The position numbers and the translations under genes are program-made. DNA of 57,818 nt, from contig DXAJ01000034.1 in assembly GCA_019117085.1 (NCBI GenBank), positions 1 to 57,818 on the forward strand. Reading direction: 5' to 3'. The stretch is from Candidatus Gallimonas gallistercoris. Its GTDB lineage: Bacteria > Bacillota > Clostridia > Christensenellales > Borkfalkiaceae. This document shows positions 54,341-57,818 of this stretch, one piece after another (the first letter of the stretch is position 1; each line of letters opens with the position of its first letter). A model generated the notes under the pieces. That model saw only the letters and a program-made list of their open reading frames with translations. It made no database searches and was not told the origin of the DNA.

Positions 54341-54373
54341 ATATATAAGACCGAAGAGAATAGGAGGAATTTT

Positions 54374-55312
54374 ATGAACTACGACCCCGCGAAGTACCCC
54401 AAGTGCACCGTGCCCCAAGCGGAAGTGACCCGCCTCAAAGGGCTCGGTTTTTTGCGCGACAAGACGACGGCGGACTGCTTCAACGTCCGCGTCATCACGG
54501 CGAACGGGAAGATCACCTCGGAGGAGATGAACGCCATTTCGGAGGCGGCACAAAAATTCGGCGACGGAGAGATCGCCATGACCGTGCGCCTCACCTGCGA
54601 GATCCAGCGCGTCCCCTATGCGAATGCGGAAGCGCTCATCGCCTTTTTGAAAGAGCGCGGGCATGAGACGGGCGGCACGGGCGCAAAGGTGAGACCCGTC
54701 GTCTCGTGCAAGGGCACGACCTGCCAATACGGGCTCATCGATACCTTCGCCCTTTCGAAAAAGCTGCACACCCTCTTTTATGAAGGGTACCGCAGCGTTG
54801 CCCTCCCCCACAAGTTCAAGATCGCGGTGGGCGGCTGCCCCAACAACTGCGTGAAGCCCGACCTCAACGACATCGGCATCGTCGGACAAAGAATGCCCGT
54901 GCCCATGCCCGAGCTGTGCCGCGGATGCAATGCGTGCGTCAAGGAATGCCCCATCCATTCGGCGAGCCTTACGGATAAGAAGTTCGTCCGCGACGACAAG
55001 ACGTGCAATAACTGCGGCCGCTGCGTGAAAGTGTGCCCCTTCCATGCCATCGACTGCGTGGACGGCTACAAAATTTACATCGGCGGCAGATGGGGCAAGC
55101 GCGTGGCGCAGGGGAAATCTTTAAGCGTGCTCCTGCATTCGGAAGAGGAAGTTGTAAAGACGGTGGAAAAAGCCATCCTCTTCTTCAAGGCATACGGCAA
55201 TAAGGGCGAACGCTTTGCGGACGTCATTGCCCGCGTCGGGTTTGAAAAGACGGAAAGAATGCTGCTTTCGGACGAACTGCTTGCCAAAAAGGAGGAGATC
55301 CTTGCTCTTTAA
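54374..55312 (+). CDS. Small sulfite/nitrite-reductase-family protein (siroheme-[4Fe-4S] motif) with an inserted 2x[4Fe-4S] ferredoxin domain (AsrC/Dsr-like)
   Basis: CKGTTC (Cx5C) ... GGCPNNC (Cx3C) coupled-cluster motif, and ferredoxin motifs CRGCNACVKECP and CNNCGRCVKVCP; 312 aa. Confidence 0.65.
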   Translation: MNYDPAKYPKCTVPQAEVTRLKGLGFLRDKTTADCFNVRVITANGKITSEEMNAISEAAQKFGDGEIAMTVRLTCEIQRVPYANAEALIAFLKERGHETGGTGAKVRPVVSCKGTTCQYGLIDTFALSKKLHTLFYEGYRSVALPHKFKIAVGGCPNNCVKPDLNDIGIVGQRMPVPMPELCRGCNACVKECPIHSASLTDKKFVRDDKTCNNCGRCVKVCPFHAIDCVDGYKIYIGGRWGKRVAQGKSLSVLLHSEEEVVKTVEKAILFFKAYGNKGERFADVIARVGFEKTERMLLSDELLAKKEEILAL

Positions 55313-56282
55313 GCGGCGCATTGCCCTTGCCTTGGGGGCGGCGGCGCTGATGTTCCCCGCCCTCCTTTCGGGCTGTACGAAAAATTGGAACGACCCCATC
55401 TACGTGCTGCCCGATCCGCCCGCCGCTTATGCCTCCTTTAAGGACAGCGCGGGGGAGACCATCGTCCTTCAAGAAAAGCCCGAGCGCGTCGCCGTGCTCT
55501 TTTCGTCGTTTGCAGAGCTTTGGCAGCTTGCGGGGGGCACGGTCGCCGTGACGGTGGGCGAGAGCGTAGAGCGCGGGTTCGTCCCCGAAGGCACCCCTCT
55601 CGTCGACGACGGCGCGGGGAAAAAGATCGACCTCGAACGGCTGCTTATCGAAGAGCCCGACTTTGTGATCTGCTCGGGCGATATCGCGGCGCAGGCGGAG
55701 ACGGCGGAAACGCTCACGGAGCTCAATATCCCCGCGGCGCAGTTCATCGTCGAGAGTTTTTCCGACTTTTTGGACGTTCTGAAGATTTGCACCGATATCA
55801 CGGGCGATGAGACGGCGTTTGAACAGTACGGCGCGGCGCAAAAGCAGAAAATCGATACCATCCTTGCCGAAAACAGCTTTGAAGACGTCGATATCCTCTT
55901 TGTCCGCGCGGGCTCTTCGGCACGCTCGGTGAAGGCGAAGACCTCGGAAGATCACTTCGCCGCCGAAATGCTGAAAGAACTCGGAACGCATAACATCGCC
56001 GACGATTCACTGCTTGCGGGCGCCGTTCTTTCGGATACGCTGAGCATCGAATATATCCTGCAAGAAGACCCCGACTATATCTTCTTCACGGCGATGGGCG
56101 ACGAGGAAGCTTCGCAGAGCTTTGTGAAGGAAATGCTGAAAGAGAGCGCGTGGCAGCAGCTTTCTGCCGTCAGACAAGGAAATTACGCCTTTCTTGAAAA
56201 GGAGCTCTTCCACTTCAAGCCCAACGGGAGGTGGGCGGAGGCGTACGAGACGCTCGCCCGTCTGTTACACACCATCGGATGA
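55302..56282 (+). CDS. ABC importer substrate-binding lipoprotein (Fe-siderophore/cobalamin, BtuF/FhuD-like class)
   Basis: TTG start at 55302 (AGGAGGAG RBS 4 nt upstream) is the only start that gives a full lipoprotein signal, (M)LLFKRRIALALGAAALMFPALLSGC. It overlaps the upstream stop by 11 nt. Confidence 0.75.
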   Translation: MLFKRRIALALGAAALMFPALLSGCTKNWNDPIYVLPDPPAAYASFKDSAGETIVLQEKPERVAVLFSSFAELWQLAGGTVAVTVGESVERGFVPEGTPLVDDGAGKKIDLERLLIEEPDFVICSGDIAAQAETAETLTELNIPAAQFIVESFSDFLDVLKICTDITGDETAFEQYGAAQKQKIDTILAENSFEDVDILFVRAGSSARSVKAKTSEDHFAAEMLKELGTHNIADDSLLAGAVLSDTLSIEYILQEDPDYIFFTAMGDEEASQSFVKEMLKESAWQQLSAVRQGNYAFLEKELFHFKPNGRWAEAYETLARLLHTIG

Positions 56283-57271
56283 ACGCAAAAACGCGCAACT
56301 TCATCGTCTTTTTTGCAGCGGGGGCGCTGCTGCTTGCCTCCGCTTTTTTGGCGCTGCGGCTGGGGAGCGTTCCCCTCTCTTCCGCCGAATTTTGGGGCGG
56401 GATGCTGCAAAAAGAAGGCTATGAGACATACACCGCCATCTTCTATTCTTCCCGCCTGCCGCGCGTTCTGGGAGCCATCCTCGCGGGCGTCGCCTTTTCG
56501 CAGGCGGGGACGCTTTTACAGCGGGTGACGGACAACCCCCTCGCTTCGCCGAACATTCTGGGCATCAACGCGGGGGCGGGGTTTGCGGTCCTTCTGCTGC
56601 TTGTATGCTTTCCCCTTGCCTATGCCTTTCTCCCTTTGGCGGCGTTTTTGGGAGCGCTCCTTGCGACCTTCTTGATTTTGGGCGTGGCGCGCTCGGCGGG
56701 GATGAGCCGCGCCGTCATCGTGCTTGCGGGCGTCGCGCTTTCCGCCCTCTTTCAGGCGGGCATCTCCTTCCTTTCCGTCGTCGACCCCGACGCGCTCTCC
56801 TCTTACATCGATTTTTCGGTGGGCGGGCTGCACGGCGTGAAGACGGAAGACCTTCTCTTCCCCGCCGTCCTCATCCTTGCCTGCCTTGTTGCAAGCCAGC
56901 TGCTTTCGAAAAAACTCGCGCTCTTCTGCCTCGGGGATACGCTCGCGGGCTCTTTGGGCGTTCCCGTCAAGCGGGTGCGGCTCATGAGCCTTATCGCGGC
57001 GGCGGCTTCGGCGGCAGCCGCCGTCTCCTTTACGGGGCTCATCGGGTTCGTCGGGCTCATCGTGCCGCACACGGCGCGCGCCCTCGTGAAGGGAAATATG
57101 CGGGGAGAGCTCTGCCTTTCCCCCATGCTGGGCGCGGCGCTTTTGCTGCTTGCGGACCTTCTCGCCCGCACCCTCTTTGCCCCGACCGAGATCCCCGTGG
57201 GCGTGTTTACGGCGCTTCTCGGCGTCCCCTTCTTCTTAGCGCTCGTGTTGAGGAGGAAACGCCATGTTTGA
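56279..57271 (+). CDS. FecCD/BtuC-family ABC permease
   Basis: About 330 aa, 9-10 TM, with the conserved NPLASP..LGINAGAG and GLIGFVGLIVPH motifs. ATGA overlap with the binding-protein gene. Confidence 0.88.
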   Translation: MNAKTRNFIVFFAAGALLLASAFLALRLGSVPLSSAEFWGGMLQKEGYETYTAIFYSSRLPRVLGAILAGVAFSQAGTLLQRVTDNPLASPNILGINAGAGFAVLLLLVCFPLAYAFLPLAAFLGALLATFLILGVARSAGMSRAVIVLAGVALSALFQAGISFLSVVDPDALSSYIDFSVGGLHGVKTEDLLFPAVLILACLVASQLLSKKLALFCLGDTLAGSLGVPVKRVRLMSLIAAAASAAAAVSFTGLIGFVGLIVPHTARALVKGNMRGELCLSPMLGAALLLLADLLARTLFAPTEIPVGVFTALLGVPFFLALVLRRKRHV

Positions 57272-57818
57272 AGCGCGCCTCTCCGCCTCTTACGGCAAAA
57301 AACAGGTGCTCCGCGATATTCGTTTTTGCCTTCCCGAGGGCGTGACTGCGCTTTTGGGGCGCAACGGTTCGGGGAAATCTACCCTCCTGCACTGCATCGC
57401 GGGGGCGCTCCCCTTCGAAGGCAGCGTGAAATTGGACGGAAAGGAACTCAAGGTGCTCCCTGCGCGCGAGAAGGCGAAACTTTTAAGCATTTTGCCGCAG
57501 ATGCTGCCTTCGCCCGACCTTCCCGCAGAGGAAGTCGTCGGGTTCGGAAGGAGCCCCTACTCGGCGCGGCTGAGCGCCGAGGAACGCGAAGAAGTGCATG
57601 CCGCCATGCAAAAGCTCGGCATCGGGGAGCTTGCAACGCGGCGCGTTTCTACCCTTTCGGGCGGAGAAAAGCAGAAAGTGTTTCTCGCCATGCTGCTCGT
57701 GCAGGATACGCCGCTCGTCCTTCTCGACGAGCCGACAACATACATGGACCTCCCCTTCAAAAGCGTGTTCTTTTCTGTCTTGCAGGAGCTGAAAGAGAAG
57801 AAAAAGACGGTGCTCTTT
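57264..57818 (+). CDS. ABC importer ATP-binding protein (FecE/BtuD-like), 3'-truncated by the window edge
   Basis: MFEARLSASYGKKQVLRDI..., Walker A GRNGSGKST, LSGGEKQK, Walker B LLDEPTTYMD. The frame is open to the last base, and there is an 8-nt overlap with the permease gene. Confidence 0.85.
   Translation, partial: MFEARLSASYGKKQVLRDIRFCLPEGVTALLGRNGSGKSTLLHCIAGALPFEGSVKLDGKELKVLPAREKAKLLSILPQMLPSPDLPAEEVVGFGRSPYSARLSAEEREEVHAAMQKLGIGELATRRVSTLSGGEKQKVFLAMLLVQDTPLVLLDEPTTYMDLPFKSVFFSVLQELKEKKKTVLF

Noticed and set aside
54115-54373. Cobalamin riboswitch upstream of the BtuFCD-like importer
   Set aside because: The leader between the predicted promoter and ATG 54374 is only about 30 nt, and the importer genes overlap the preceding gene, so there is no room for a riboswitch. 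No B12-box-like sequence was seen.

Overview
High-GC chromosomal segment that looks like an anaerobic Firmicute (Clostridia / Oscillospirales-like; this is inferred from gene content only). About 50 protein genes can be called and most are housekeeping. They include glf, a two-gene SufC/SufB-like pair, a two-component system, prs-pth-mfd plus a PrsA-like lipoprotein and uppP, tadA, rlmH, two-subunit class I fumarase, hemW, lepA, ilvA-ridA, glgP, a trimeric HydABC-type [FeFe] hydrogenase, purB, groES-groEL, an SdpR/SdpI/ABC-2 operon, and a Dsr-like protein followed by an iron/B12-type ABC importer that runs off the 3' end. I saw no rRNA, tRNA, CRISPR array, integrase or reverse transcriptase. 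Four things stand out. (1) A monocistronic, terminator-bracketed phage-tail-fibre-like gene (44030-45682) sits between hydABC and purB; it carries six near-identical tandem repeats and has no other phage genes nearby. (2) A family of modular hairpin repeats fills almost every long intergenic region, at 10 or more loci. One module keeps its flanks and an exact stem geometry (9 bp, one unpaired purine, 5-6 bp) while the stem sequence itself changes. (3) An AT-rich islet holds an internally deleted IS30 transposase next to two BspA-type LRR lipoprotein paralogs that share a 93-bp 5' cassette. (4) The uncharacterised radical-SAM/DUF4130 'DNA modification/repair' pair sits behind a perfect consensus promoter positioned for a leaderless transcript. 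Many long ORFs in the supplied track are GC-rich antisense artefacts and were rejected. All functional calls come from reading motifs by eye; no database search was run.
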